Shown piece by piece: positions 12,601 through 25,029 of a DNA stretch of 64,000 bases (position 1 is the first letter of the stretch; each line of letters starts with the position of its first letter). Location of the stretch: the NCBI GenBank assembly GCA_950097015.1, contig CATNEN010000003.1:15314001-15378000 (forward strand), written 5' to 3'. A program made the position numbers and the translations under genes. The notes beneath the pieces were generated by a model. It was given only the letters and a program-made list of their open reading frames with translations. It was not told the origin of the DNA and made no database searches. The stretch is from Macrostomum hystrix. Lineage: Eukaryota > Animalia > Platyhelminthes.

Positions 12601-15600
12601 CCTGAAGTTTCAGGACAGAGCAACCTGAAGTTTCAGGATAGTGCAGCCTGAAGTTTCAGAATAGAGCAACCTGAAGTTTAAAAAAACCTGAAGTTTCAAA
12701 ATAAAAAACCTGAAGTTTCGGGGTAACAAGGCCCTAGAAGCTTACCTGAGCTTCTAACCTGGCCCTCTCACCGGCTCTCGCCTCGGCCTCAGCCAGCTGA
12801 TCCACTCTGGCCTGTAACCGGGCCTCTCTCGCAGTCGCCTCAGCCTCCTTGGCTTCACTGCGTCGCCTGACAGTGTCCAACTCGCGCACTGCAGCGTCTC
12901 GCTCGTCCTGTGCGTCAGCGAATGCGGCCTGTGACGCGGCCAGCTGTTCTTTGAGACTAGCGACCGCCTGTTCCAGACGCTGACGCAATAAAACATCGGC
13001 ATCGGCAGCAGATTTTGAACTAACAACAGACGCGCTGGTAGACGCGGCAGCAGCTGAAGACGACGGGTTAGCAGCGTTCGGATGCCGCTTCTCCGCGCGC
13101 CAAGCGGCCGACACTTTAGTCTTGTAGGCGTCAAAATCTTCGGCCAGTGTTTGACGCGCCTTCATTTTTGAACGTAATTTGACGGCGTATGTTTAGCGCA
13201 TGCTCTACCTTTGAGTGCAACACAACTTGTGATTGATGTAACTGACAATATGCCTGATTCGTGTGATAAATATAATGATAATAATAATCGCAGGAGGGCT
13301 GCGGGTAATGGCACATCATTCGGTGACACTAGACCCGCAGCCAGTGAGCAGGCGATTCTGCCCATTTCGCTGACTCCTGAGCACACACGCACACATATAC
13401 TGTACGCAGGCATACGCTCACACAGGTGTGTACATCTGCCCTGACTTTCTCATCGTCAGGCAGTGTACACTCTCACTGTGCCTTGGAGGTCGGCCCTCAA
13501 GGGTGTAAATTGCACGACAAGCCGCCAAGCCTTCTCTCCGCGGCTGCGCCCCAACTGAATGTGGCGTCGTCGCGGATTCGAGCTCAGGGACCTTGGTGCG
13601 AGAGGCAACTCATCACCCCATCATAGCTACATGCTTACTTTGTCGGATTCAAAGGGTTAAAACAATAAAGACCTGTCCATGGCATATAATAGTCAATGAT
13701 ATGACTTTCAATATGGCATTCAATAGTATTTTCTTCCCCAATCTCTTATCTCCCAATCGCTCCCCAATAATTACACACCTGTTCAGCCTGCTCAAGCTTA
13801 GCCCTGGTGGATTGTAATTTTTCTTCGGTTGCTAGCAAACGCGCCTGCAGTCGGTCCTTAGTGTTGGCTAATTCCTGATCGGTGGACACTTTCAGTGACA
13901 AAGCTGATGATAGCTGCAACTTCAAGTCGTCAATCTCCGAAGTCAGAAAGTCTTTTTCGCGACGCCAGTCTTGGGAACGCTCTTCGGCTTCTTGCAAAGA
14001 CTTCTGCACCTCGGCTAATTCTTTCTTGCTCTTGACTAGCATCTGTTTTAGTTTGGCAACGCGCTCCTCAGAAGCCGATCGTTGCGTCTCAACAGTCTGT
14101 AGCTGAGCTTCCAGACTTTGACGAGACTCAGCCATGCCGGCTAGCTCCTTGATCTTCTCGGCTAGCACAGCCTCCTTATCATCTAGAAGATTCTTATAAA
14201 CATCCACATTTCGTTCAAGCTCAGCCAGTTCCAAATCAAGCATCTTAGATTGACTGACACCTTTCTGGGCGGCTTCCAGGCGCTCCTGCAGTAGGCGAGT
14301 GTCGCGCTCGTGAGCACGCGTCGACTCGTCGAGTTTCTGTCGGATTCGCTTGGCTTCTTCTTCTACTGCGGCTCGCTCCGATAGTTGCTGATCTAGCTGC
14401 GATTTAGCCACATTAAGTTCCTTCTCAAGAACGGTTAGACGCGCCCGCAGCTGACCTGATTCGGTACGCGCTTGTTCTAGTTGCTCTTTACCGGAACCAG
14501 ATTCTCTCTTTAGCTTCACAATAAGCTGCTTCATTTTGTCCAACTTGTCAGCGTTGGCTATCTCCCGCTGTTGCAGAGCGTCATGCGCTTCGCGAAGGCT
14601 GGCATTTTCGGATTCCAAAGCGGCTAAACGCAACTGAGACTCATCTGTGTCGCCAGTTCGATTAGAATAATTCACAAACTCATCGTTTAGACGTTGAATT
14701 TCGCTATCTCTGGCGCCTAACTCATGCCGCAGAGTGATCTGCAAGCGTTCAACCTGTTCCTCTTTGCTGCTGATGCAGCGTCGAAGATCGCGCAACTCTT
14801 CCTGCAGGAATGATTCTTTTTCTTCGGCTCGATTTTGCCACTCCCGCAGCTCGTTTTGCAAGTTACTCTTTTCTAATTCGACGTCGCGAGCAATGCTCAT
14901 TTGACTGTCGACCGCCTGCTGTAACGTTTCCACCTCATCAGCTAATTTCTCGCGTTGCCTAGCTAATTTCTCGCACTGTTCAACCCTGGTTTGAAGCTCT
15001 TCTTCAAGACGATTACACTTGCTAGTCAATCGATCAACTCCGTCTTTAAGCAGCTCAGCGCCAGCAAGGCTGCTTGCTAGCGGCTCGAGGGCGGTAGCCA
15101 ATCGCTGAATGCTGGCATCAGCCACAGCTCCTTCCAGCAGTTTTAGTAATAGATTGCGACAATCAACCGCTTGACGCTGAGTAGCGCCAATGCGCAATTT
15201 TTCCAACGTCTCCAATAATGCGTCTATTAGACGGGGTTCGCTACTGCTAAGGTCAGCCCGGAGAATGCCAATATCGGCTTGACAGGCGGAGATCAATTCC
15301 GTTAGGCGAGCATTTTCCGCTTGCAGTGTCTCTTGATGACGATCGGACTCAGCAAGCATGTCGCTCGACGCAGCCAGTCGTCGCTCCAGATATTTTATTT
15401 GTTTCTCTAAATTATCCACCTGATTAAGTAGATCCTCTCGCTCGTCTAAGATCTCTTGGAGATTTTCGTCAGCACCTTGAGTCTCGTCGTGAGAAGCTTT
15501 TTTTGATAGTAAAATAGCATTTTCCTCTTTTAAGCGGGCAATCTCAGCTTGCAAGCTTGAAAAATCGTCAAGGATAGCTGCATTTAGGTCAGAACTTGAA

Positions 15601-17621
15601 GCGGCATTAGCGGCACCAGAATCAACTGCACTCTCCTCTCCCTCGCCCTCAGGCCGAGGACCAAGGGCCGCCAGTTCCTCCACTGATTTGGCCAGTCTGG
15701 CGTTGTCGTCGAACAGTTTCATGTTCAATTGAAGCAGCTTGTCATTTTCTGCTTCATATTTTTCCTTTTGTGAGATGGCTTCAGAAAGTTTAGACTTTAG
15801 GTCGTCGATTTGAACACTTCCTTCGCCAGATCGAATGATAGCTTCATCATCTATCTGCTCACCCGTCTCATTTAGTTCAGCATTGAGTTTGGAAATTTCA
15901 TCATTTAGCCGACTATTTTCGACTCTAAGCTCTTCATTATTTGCATCACGACTACTAATAAGTCTTCTTTCAATCTCTTTGAGCTCTATAATCTCAGCCT
16001 GAAGCCGGGAAACTTCGTCCTTGAATTCGGCTTTCTCCCGCTGAGAATCGGATAGCTGAGAACCTGCTGCTTGAAGTTCCCTCTTCAGTCTGTCGATTTC
16101 GTTAGAAAGTTCATCGCTATTACGCCTAGAAGACTCCGCATCAGTGTTAGCAGTTTCAATTAGGGTCCTAAGGTGCGAATTTTCATCAGTGAGTTGGACG
16201 TTAGTCTGTGTTAGAGTAGATATTTGATCCTCATTAGAGTGCTTAATTGTTGCAACTTCAGTTGTTACCTTAGCGATCTCCTTCTTCAGTTCGTTATTGT
16301 CGTGTATAATTGTGTCCGAATCAGTCAAAGCAGCTTCTAATTGAGCTTTTAAGCTTAAGTTTTCTTCTGCAAGCGCTTTTAGCTCAGTATTAAAATTGGA
16401 AGTTGCTGCTTTAAGCTCAGAACTCAATTTGGAAATCTCCTCAGATAAGGCATTGTTTCTAAGCCTTTCTGACTCAAGACTTTCATTTGCAGCTTGAATT
16501 TCCGCCTTCACTATAGCCATCTCGGCGCTGAGCTCAGACTCTTCGCTTGCAACTTTGCCTCTTTCCATATCCAATTCGGAACTCAGATTTTCCAGCTGTT
16601 TGTTGAGCTCATTCTTGTCACTTTGAAGAGAGTCAGCCTTTGAATTCGCACTATCTAATTCAGCTTTCAATCTAGATAGTTCGCTAGCGAGCTCGGAGTT
16701 ATCAACTTTGACGCTGAGCACTTGGCTAGCCGATGCTACAAGTTCGTGGCGCAGTTTCTCAATCGCATTGATTGCATCCTTCTCACGAGTGGCCTCTTCA
16801 ACGCAGTTGTTAACGGATTCAATCCTAACCTTGAGTTTAGACAGTTCTTCATTTAATTCTACATTTGCCTGCCTCATTTCGAGAACGGATTGATCTTCGC
16901 CTCTGCTATTGACAGCTTCGAGTTCGCTTTTAAGTCGCTGCAATTCGTTGCAAAGCTGGTCCTTCTCTGCTCTAGTAGACTCCAAATCAGTATTAGTGGC
17001 GTCGATGCTTGCCTTTAGTTTGGCAACCTCTTTGATTAGCTCGTCATTTTCACGCTGAACGCTAGCAAATCGCTCAATGTCTGATTTTAATCGTTTAATC
17101 TCTTCAGTCAGTGCATTACTCTCCAGCTCAGACTTAAGCTGAACATGTAAGCTGGCTAATTGTTTGCGTAGCTCAACATTCTCTTGACTAATATTAGCGT
17201 CATTCGCTTTCAAAGCGTCGATTTGCATCCTCATTCCAGTGAGCTCATCTGTCAACTTGGCATTCTCTCGCCTAGCATCCTCAGCTTGGCCTGCGCCAGA
17301 TTTTGCATCATTAATTAGCTGCACAAGATTGGCATTCTGTTCCAGAAGCTCGGCATTCTCTTGCCGGATCTTGTCCAGCTGCCGCCGGGTGCTTTCAAAA
17401 GCATCAGCATCAATCTGCAAATCTCCAATGGTTGATGACAGTCTCGAAAGTTGAATAGCTAGCTGGTCGCGCTCGGTTTGACATTTATCAAAGCTAGTCT
17501 TCAATTCTGCATTGGATTTCTTCTCTTTGATCACCATAGCCTTGAGCTTGTTGATCTTGTCTTCAGCCAGGCGAAGTTTCGCCTCAGCTTCCACTTCAAC
17601 GGCGGCGGCAGTGGAAGACAT
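9677..17621 (-). CDS. GCC2: GRIP-domain coiled-coil golgin GCC2/GCC185-like (about 1707 aa)
   Basis: Phase-consistent exons 17621-13779, 13159-12746, 12270-11774, 10046-9677; long coiled coil ending in the GRIP domain NLEYLKNIVLQFL..ERHQLLPVLSTLLQLS..GWNSYFQWS. Confidence 0.88.
10066..11769. repeat. 28-bp minisatellite (GAATCTAGGCACCTACAATCTCACCTCA, about 60 copies) filling GCC2 intron 3
   Basis: Directly visible; period 28 (lines 10141 and 10561 match, 420=15x28); two variants (cctca/cccct). Confidence 0.97.
12345..12720. repeat. About 23-bp degenerate minisatellite (CCTGAAGTTTCAGGATAGAGCAA) in GCC2 intron 2
   Basis: Directly visible; the unit contains the internal inverted repeat cctgaa/ttcagg. 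Confidence 0.9.
13275..13630 (-). mobile_element. tRNA-head SINE, family A, copy 1
   Basis: Minus strand: gtagct..gg A-box-like head, B-box-like gctcgaatcc, structured body, (ATT)n tail; similar copies at 40074-40350 and 48730-49061. Confidence 0.8.
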
Positions 17622-17942
17622 GCCGACCAGCTAAGTGACTGCGCGATTTTTTTAAAGCTGGAATCGATTTTAAATAATTAATCAATAAGCCAGGAGACTT
17701 CTTATTTGAGCTTCGTAAATTTTACTGAGACGTCTAGAGTTCGAATCATATAAAGTTCACGCAGGTTTAGATTTTAAGCAGATGTAGCCCCCTCTGAGTC
17801 CACGGACTGAACAGCTGTACATACTTTGGAAGCAATAACTTCGACTGTACCACTAGCTGTACATCTGGTTCAACTGGATTAAGCTTGATAAAAATGTATC
17901 TATAATACTTAATTTTTTTTCAATAAAATATATATTAATAAC

Positions 17943-18240
17943 AATTGACTACACCTGGCCAATAGGGTCAGATGTGCAGCCGACAACACAGCCGCAGCAA
18001 TTGCGCGGCGCATCTGAATGCTGCGTACAGCTGTTCAGTCCATGGACTGGGGGGACGACACACTCACCTTCAATCACCCCAGCTAATGCTGGTACCCATT
18101 TAACAGCTGGGTGAACTGAAGCAATGCAGAGTTAAGCGTCTTGCTAAAGGACACAAATTGTTCTGGTGGAGTCGGGAATCGAACCCCCGACCTTCAAGTC
18201 GTGAGTCAAACGCCCTAACCACTAGGCTACAACGCCCTGC
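17943..18240 (-). mobile_element. tRNA-derived CORE-like SINE, family B, copy 1
   Basis: Head gtagcctagtggttagggcg..gggttcgattccc (A/B boxes), then CORE-like tgtgtcctttagcaagacgcttaactc..cagttcacccagctgttaaatggg; second copy at 45123-45422; inverted 3' fragment near 17780-17870. Confidence 0.82.
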
Positions 18241-19049
18241 TTCAACAAAAGCAAAGTAAATATATTTCCTTATCCAGAAAAAAATGAACAAAAAAGCAAA
18301 AACTTTTTGCGTACAGTTAAATAGGAAAATAGATTCTTTTTCTGCTAAAACTGTCTAATTTTGGAGAAAATAAAATTGATTTTGAATTCATTTGAAAACT
18401 AGGTTTTCAGCAAAAATAACTAACTAATATGAATATTGTTGGCTAGCAAAGAAGCGGAGGTACAGTTCAAATATCAGTGCTAGACATACTATTAATTAAA
18501 TGAGAGGACAATTGAGAGATCTAGAAATTCCGAAAAATCAAAGTCTTTAACAGACACTGGACGACAGTTCAAAGAGAATTAACGCTAATAGATAAAGATT
18601 TTTCGTAAAAATACCAATTACCTCAATAATCTAATAAAAAAGCCAACAAGATATAAGGTACTCGTAATATAAAACATTTGAAACGCTATAACAGTGAATA
18701 ACATTAAAGTTATAAGTATAACGATATTTGTTTTAAAAAAGCTACTTATAATCTAATTAATTGATAAGCTGTGACAAGTTAGACATTTTAAAATGAGGTT
18801 ATAGAAAGTATATTTTTATCAGACAAATACACAACGAGACAAATCAAGAAAAAGCTTTGCAAATATATTATTTGTGAAAATAAAAGCATTACGCACTTAC
18901 AGAAATGTTGAAAATGAGACAACAAAACAATGGAATAAACATATTGCATAGTTGCATGAAACATTATTCATAACGCTGGGCACTATGTTTCTAGCGAAGC
19001 TTACGCTAACTATATGGCTAGAACATTAACATAGATACGAGCTATTGAC

Positions 19050-19280
19050 GAAGGTCATTGACCATCAGGTTGGTAGCTAAAAGGTCATTGACTATCAGGT
19101 TGGTAACTAAAAGGTCATTGACCATCAGGTTTGGTAACTAAAAGGTCATTGACCATCAGGTTGGTAACAAAAAGGTCATTGACCATCAGGTTTGGTAACT
19201 AAAAGGTCATTGATCATCAGGTTTGGTAACTAAAAGGTCATTGACCATCAGGTTGGTAACTAAAAGGTCATTGACCGTCA
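19050..19280. repeat. 30-31-bp tandem repeat (AAAAGGTCATTGACCATCAGGTTGGTAACT)
   Basis: About 8 visible copies. Confidence 0.92.
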
Positions 19281-19940
19281 TGTTGCCAGGGCAACTAATG
19301 AAAAAAATAATTTTTTTATCAATTTGAACCATTTTTAAAGTAGTACGAACTGAAAACTGAGAATGAGTTTAAATACGAATAAAAAACTTTGTTTTTTTAG
19401 TAGCACACCTTAGCTTCTTTTGTTAATTTTTTTCTTTGAAATTGATTTGAGAATCGAAAAATGACAGCAAATGTCACTGGTTGGTTTGGTTTCATCCGAC
19501 GCAAGCAATTTTTTAAAAGGATAAAACAAATATTGTAAATCTATATATATAGAAATCCCGTAGGAAGGAAACTTTTACGCAATATAAATAACCAAACAAC
19601 ACAGACAAACTAAGGGTACAGGGGTTGCACTGTCCCAGTTCTGGAGTAAATTTGACAAACCGCAGCGAGCAATTACATTAATTAAAATATCGTTAGATAG
19701 TTAAGGTTGTTTTCACAAAAAAGGCAAAAAGCAAACAATATATATAACCTCTAATCAAGAAGAAGTGATAAGTTAAGCGGAGTGTTAAAATTTGTTTTCT
19801 ATAGTTACTGGCGCTATTAATTCAATAGAAAAAAATAGAATAAAATTCTACAGTAAACTTAGGCGACAAACGAAGCAAAAAATCTGGTATTCTATTAACC
19901 TACACTTTGTTAGTGCTTGTAAATAATAAACCAAAAATTA

Positions 19941-20460
19941 TTTCAGCTTCGTACCTAGCTTCATACCTAGATAGTTCAGCTTCGTACCTAGCTTCATACC
20001 TAGATAGTTCAGCTTCGATACCTAGATAGTTCAGCTTCGATACCTAGATAGTTCAGCTTCGATACCTAGATAGTTCAGCTTCGATACCTAGATAGTTCAG
20101 CTTCGATACCTAGATAGTTCAGTTTCGATACCCAGATAGTTCAGCTTCGATACCTAGATAGTTCAGCTTCGATACCTAGGTAGTTCAGCTTCAATACCAG
20201 TTAGTCCAGCTTCGATACCTAGATAGTTCAGCTTCGATACCTAGATAGTTCAGCTTCGATACCTAGATAGTTCAGCTTCGATACCTAGATAGTTCAGTTT
20301 CGATACCCAGATAGTTCAGCTTCGATACCTAGATAGTTCAGCTTCGATACCTAGGTAGTTCAGCTTCAATACCAGTTAGTCCAGCTTCGATACCTAGATA
20401 GTTCAGCTTCGATACCTAGGTAGTCCAGCTTCAATACCAGTTAGTCCAGCTTCGATACCT
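19941..20460. repeat. 22-bp tandem repeat (TTCAGCTTCGATACCTAGATAG)
   Basis: Directly visible. Confidence 0.95.
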
Positions 20461-21339
20461 TACATTTTAGTTTTGATGGCATCAATGAAACCCATTTTCC
20501 GGTGTCAAAAACCCTTTAACGCTTAAAAACAAAGCTTCGTTGTCAATTCACAATTATAAGCGACGCAGATTTAAAAACTAACTGGATGATCAATCGACAT
20601 TTTCTGTCTTCAGTAGCAGACAAATAGACTTCTTTGGCTTCACATGCTGATTGCCACCAAGAAACCAGGTCTGGAAATGATAAAAATTGTTGCTTGTGTA
20701 GCTAAAACAAAATAAATCCAAAACCTAAAACTAATCAAAACAAAATTATGCTAGGTAAAGACTAATTGTGACATAGTACTTTTTACCTAGTAACTAAAAA
20801 CTACTAAATAATAAAATGAAGAAAAAATATTCGTAGCCGACTTAAACAGTGAGTTTAAGCAATAAAAGTTGAAAAAACACCTGATTAGCAGTGCCGTTTA
20901 AATTTATTGACAACGTTTGTCGTTAAAAAAAGCACAAATACAAAAATTCGAAATGAGAAAGACAGAATATTGACCGAAAATAATTTATTACAGACTTCAG
21001 CACGCACAGACAATGCATAGCCATAAATGTGCATCCGAAACAATTAATAATACCATATTTTAATATAGACTAGATATCATACATTTTAACTTATGAGGTT
21101 GTGGTTGAAACTCTAAGCGAAGCATTTAACCATATTGATAAGATAAATTTGATAACTATAGCTAGAAGAAACCGAAAACCCTTAAGGGAAATCCTAAGGG
21201 GAATCCCAATGCGAATTCGATGGGGAATTCCAAGTTCCCAAGTTCCAAATCAAAGAAGAATCCCTCCTGCCAAAGTTCTGTAGCTGAATTGAAAATGGAG
21301 AATCCGAAGTTGAATTAAACAAGCAGCACAAGCTCAATG

Positions 21340-21680
21340 AAATCGGAAATCTAAAGGTAAATGCTATGGGAAATCCCAAGGTAAATGCTATGGGAAATCC
21401 CAAGGTAAATGCAATGGGGAATCTCAAGGCAAATCCTATTGAGAATCTCACGGCAAATCCTATGGGGAATCTGATGGCAAATCCTATGGAGAATCTCATG
21501 GCAAATCCTATGGAGAATCTCATGGCAAATCCTATGGAGAATCTCATGGCAAATCCTATGGGGAATCTCATGGCAAATCCTATGGAGAATCCGAAAATAA
21601 ATGCAATGATGAATCAAGAGCTAAATCCTATGAGGAATTTTAAGGTAAATCCTATGAGGAATCTCAAGGTAAATCACACG
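21340..21680. repeat. 24-bp degenerate tandem repeat (GGCAAATCCTATGGAGAATCTCAT)
   Basis: Directly visible; produces periodic ORFs on both strands. Confidence 0.85.
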
Positions 21681-22054
21681 GGGAATACCATGGTAAACCT
21701 TTTACCTTTTAGTCAATACCAAGTTTTCACACGAGAATCAAAGGCAAAAACACGAAGGGAATCCCAGGGTAAATCCAACCGCAATTTTATCGTAAGTATA
21801 ATCGTGGAATCCTAGGTTAATCCCAGCGAGAATGAGATCGCAAATGCACAAAAAGAAGTGTTATTGCATTTAAAACAAATAATAAAGGACAATACGTGAG
21901 TTCGGTTTGAGGCGAAGAGAAATTCATACAAAGAAAAAATTAAACAATAATTAATACTAGATCACTAGTAGAACACTAGGAGAAATCTCGTTAGAGACTT
22001 GAAAAAAGTCTCAAAAATTTACTGGTTGACATTTTCAATGCAAGTTTTAGTTAG

Positions 22055-22912
22055 TCACTTAAAGTCAGCGCATTTGTCGGTGACAGGGTTAAGAGTCTGC
22101 AGCAATCTCGAACTAACACCGGTGGAAGCACAGTTGGTCGTTGGCTCGCAAGATTTACGCCGCCTTTTCGAATCCTCACTGGCTAGTTTAATATTAGACG
22201 ACAAACTACTATTAGTAGCTGTTAAACGATTTTCATTAGCACAGTACTTAACGCTTGATTTCGGAAATTTAACGGATAAACCGCGTTGACTAGGCGGCAA
22301 AGCAAGAAAACACAGCCTTCTAGGCATTGGAACAGTCGGTTTGGCTCCGTGATAGCAAAGAAAATCTAAGAAATCGCCTGTACGAACTGGAAGCCCAGTT
22401 CCCGGATCTAAGCGCAACTCGGGTTCGATGCTCTGCTTGGCTGATTTCGAAGAATTAGGCATAACCATTTTAGTAGAACTTGATGCTACAGTTGCTTCAG
22501 AGATTGTTCGTTTTCTTCCGGTAGTGGAAGTGGACGAAACCGAAACGCTGGAAGTCACGTCGCAAGCGAAAGTGGAACCAACAATTGAACTTCCACTAGG
22601 AGCAGAAGTGGAACCAACAATCGAACTTCCACTAGGAGCAGAAGTGGAACCAACAATGAAACTTCCACTAGGAGCAGAAGCGGAACCAACAATGGAACCT
22701 CCACTAGGAGCAGAAGCGGAACCAACAACGGAGCTTCCAATAGGAGCAGAAGCGGAACCAACAATGGAACCTCCACTAGGAGCAGAAGTTTCTCGCATAC
22801 TCATTAATAGAGCGCGACGGAGTTGCACTTCTTCAGACCATAGCAGGCCAAGAAAATTTGAAGAACTGGCCGATTCAGCCAGTTCGTGCGATCGCGCTCT
22901 CAGTCGGCGATT
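22055..22912 (-). CDS. JARID2 N-terminus-like protein (UIM plus PRC2-binding motif), no JmjN/ARID/JmjC seen
   Basis: After acceptor tttttttcttccag (AG at 22913-14) the frame reads NRRLRARSHELAES..GLLWSEEVQLRRALLMSMRE (JARID2 [20 protein letters not shown]) and PVRTGDFLDFLCYHG..PMPRRLCF (JARID2 [25 protein letters not shown]); includes a 48-bp coding repeat at about 22570-22790; stop at 22055-22057. Confidence 0.7.
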   Translation of the reverse strand, partial: NRRLRARSHELAESASSSNFLGLLWSEEVQLRRALLMSMRETSAPSGGSIVGSASAPIGSSVVGSASAPSGGSIVGSASAPSGSFIVGSTSAPSGSSIVGSTSAPSGSSIVGSTFACDVTSSVSVSSTSTTGRKRTISEATVASSSTKMVMPNSSKSAKQSIEPELRLDPGTGLPVRTGDFLDFLCYHGAKPTVPMPRRLCFLALPPSQRGLSVKFPKSSVKYCANENRLTATNSSLSSNIKLASEDSKRRRKSCEPTTNCASTGVSSRLLQTLNPVTDKCADFK

Positions 22913-23436
22913 CTGGAAGAAAAAAAGTCATGAATCAGGTACAGACAAACTTTATCGACATCTAAAATCAAACGAAACTGTCTACTGACAGTAGAAATAG
23001 AAGCTTATTTTATAAATAAAGAATAAAGTAAAAATTGGCACAGTTTTAAAACGGAAACTACAAAACAGAACTGAAAAAATGCTTTTTTATACCAGACGGG
23101 CAGTTTATTTTTATGGTCACACTACTTCACTTTAGTTATTTTGAACCATGAAGATCGACTTAGATCAAATTAGAAAACAAATACATAGAGAAGAAATTTT
23201 CAATTGATTTCCAAAGGGGAAGTTGTAGCATGATTTACCGTTGGATTTTCCTATAATTTGTTGGGACTTTTAGAATGGATTTTGGTAGATTTTCAATGTG
23301 GTAGATTTTTAGAATTAATTTTTCATGGTTTTAACGGGACTTTTAGAATGCTTTCTTAATGGATTTTTTTATAACTTTGAGAACAATCAGCAACTGGCAC
23401 TCAGATCAGATAGCGATAAAAAGCTGCAATAACTAA

Positions 23437-24315
23437 TCAATACCAAAAAGTTGGTTGCCTCGGTCCAAGTTTAGACAATTTCATTTCTTCTTCAATCTCC
23501 TCTTCGAAAGTGCGACAGCTGGGCTGATAGGTGACAGTTGATAAATCAGCTTCGATTGTGTCGTGCAATTCATTCCTCAAATACTGACTAGGCCTAGTCT
23601 GGTCGTCCAACGTGTCCCATTCCAATGGCAGCGGTATAATCCTACCGGTTGCCATGGAGACGCGAACTAATTCGCCAGCTTCATTTTGACGCCATTCGGC
23701 TTTAGTCGGCTGTTGAGTTTTCGGATCAATCAATGATAAAGAGTCCAAACTGATTGGAGCACAGTTGGCGTACAGGGAATTAGCAGAGTCGCCTTGTTCG
23801 CATCGCAGGTTAATACCTGACACCTGAGCAGAGCGTTCCATTCTTTGAATTGACACAACACGGCCAGAACGAGCTTCGCCAGAGGCCAAGGCGGTCGAAT
23901 TAATGCAATCCGGATGCTTGGGATCTGTTACAACAACCAGATCCCCGGGATAAATAGTCTGCTCGTGCCAGGTGATACCGGACAACTTCTCGGCTCGTTT
24001 TCTACCGTCGGCATACTGGACAGTCCAGGTTAGATCCGGGTAGACATACTCCGCAATGGTGTTGGCCCGATCCCACGGATACTGCTGGCCGAATGTCCAA
24101 TTAGGATAGCCGGAATTGGTGGCGCCGAAGACGCTACGCTTGACGAGATCCTTCTGCTGATGCGGCTGCGGATCTGGCGAGGAAAAGTACAACTGCGATG
24201 GCTCGGGCTTGGCTAACCTATAGCCCATGAGTTCGCCGCAGTATTTCACTTGAATTCGCAGCAGCCGGCTGATGTAGCGCGGCCAGTACTTGAACTCCGC
24301 TCCCGGTGGCACCTT
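23437..24315 (-). CDS. MRPL24: Mitochondrial ribosomal protein L24 (uL24m)
   Basis: IYPGDLVVV, G.VV, LIDP..PTKAEWRQNEAGELVRVSMATGRIIPLP, TYQPSCRTFEEEIEEEM, C-terminal TFWY; the frame opens after acceptor ttgttgcag (AG at 24316-17). Confidence 0.93.
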   Translation of the reverse strand, partial: KVPPGAEFKYWPRYISRLLRIQVKYCGELMGYRLAKPEPSQLYFSSPDPQPHQQKDLVKRSVFGATNSGYPNWTFGQQYPWDRANTIAEYVYPDLTWTVQYADGRKRAEKLSGITWHEQTIYPGDLVVVTDPKHPDCINSTALASGEARSGRVVSIQRMERSAQVSGINLRCEQGDSANSLYANCAPISLDSLSLIDPKTQQPTKAEWRQNEAGELVRVSMATGRIIPLPLEWDTLDDQTRPSQYLRNELHDTIEADLSTVTYQPSCRTFEEEIEEEMKLSKLGPRQPTFWY

Positions 24316-25029
24316 CTGCAACAATGAGGGATTAATCCACTATATTCGCAATGTGAGGATTAACGCACTAAATCAGATGGTACACTAATCCAATATATTT
24401 ACAATTTAAGGGATTAATGGCTAGATCTTTGCACAATATGTGTAACTTTTAATTCGGTTGTACCTGGCTATCAAACCCTAAAATATCTTTCTATTTTCAT
24501 GAAAAAATAAACCATTAAAAAGTTATTTTTCAGTTTAAGCAGCAGAAAAGTGTGTTCAATACATTTGTTTAACTGGCTTATCCTACAAAGATTACAAACA
24601 AGTTCAAAAATAAAAATAACAGAAAATAAGTTAATATAGAAGATACTATTATTAAAAAGCAGTAAAAATTGCGCAAACAGAGAGTATGATACAAAATTAA
24701 AAGTACAATGATGATAAAAAGCAATTGGCCTTTAAGACTAGCTGTGCCAACATTTGATCTAGATAGTTTTGAACTTTTTTATTGATCGAAGAAACGAAAA
24801 GTAAAAAAACGAGCAAGTTTACGTAGATAAACAAAAAGAAGCCGTAATAACACCGGAAAAAGTGTTTAATAAAAAAACATTTACAAACGCTTAGAAATTA
24901 ACCATTTGCAGATAACATTTTATTAAGAAAAACTTTAGACAATGTGAAAGCACAATTTGAAATTCATAACACTAAGTAACCTAGGTAACTGAGTAAAGTA
25001 AATTAATAAACGTGACAAACGTGACAGGA

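Noticed and set aside
18170-18240. tRNA-Val(CAC)-like gene (also at 45130)
   Set aside because: No proper acceptor stem; it continues into a CORE-like body present in two copies, so it is a SINE head.
21366-21815. NPMENLMA-repeat ORF
   Set aside because: A 24-bp repeat that is open on both strands; no independent coding evidence.
22428-22988. 186-aa plus-strand ORF with a PLGAEVEPT repeat
   Set aside because: Antisense shadow of the JARID2-like exon, which carries the conserved motifs.
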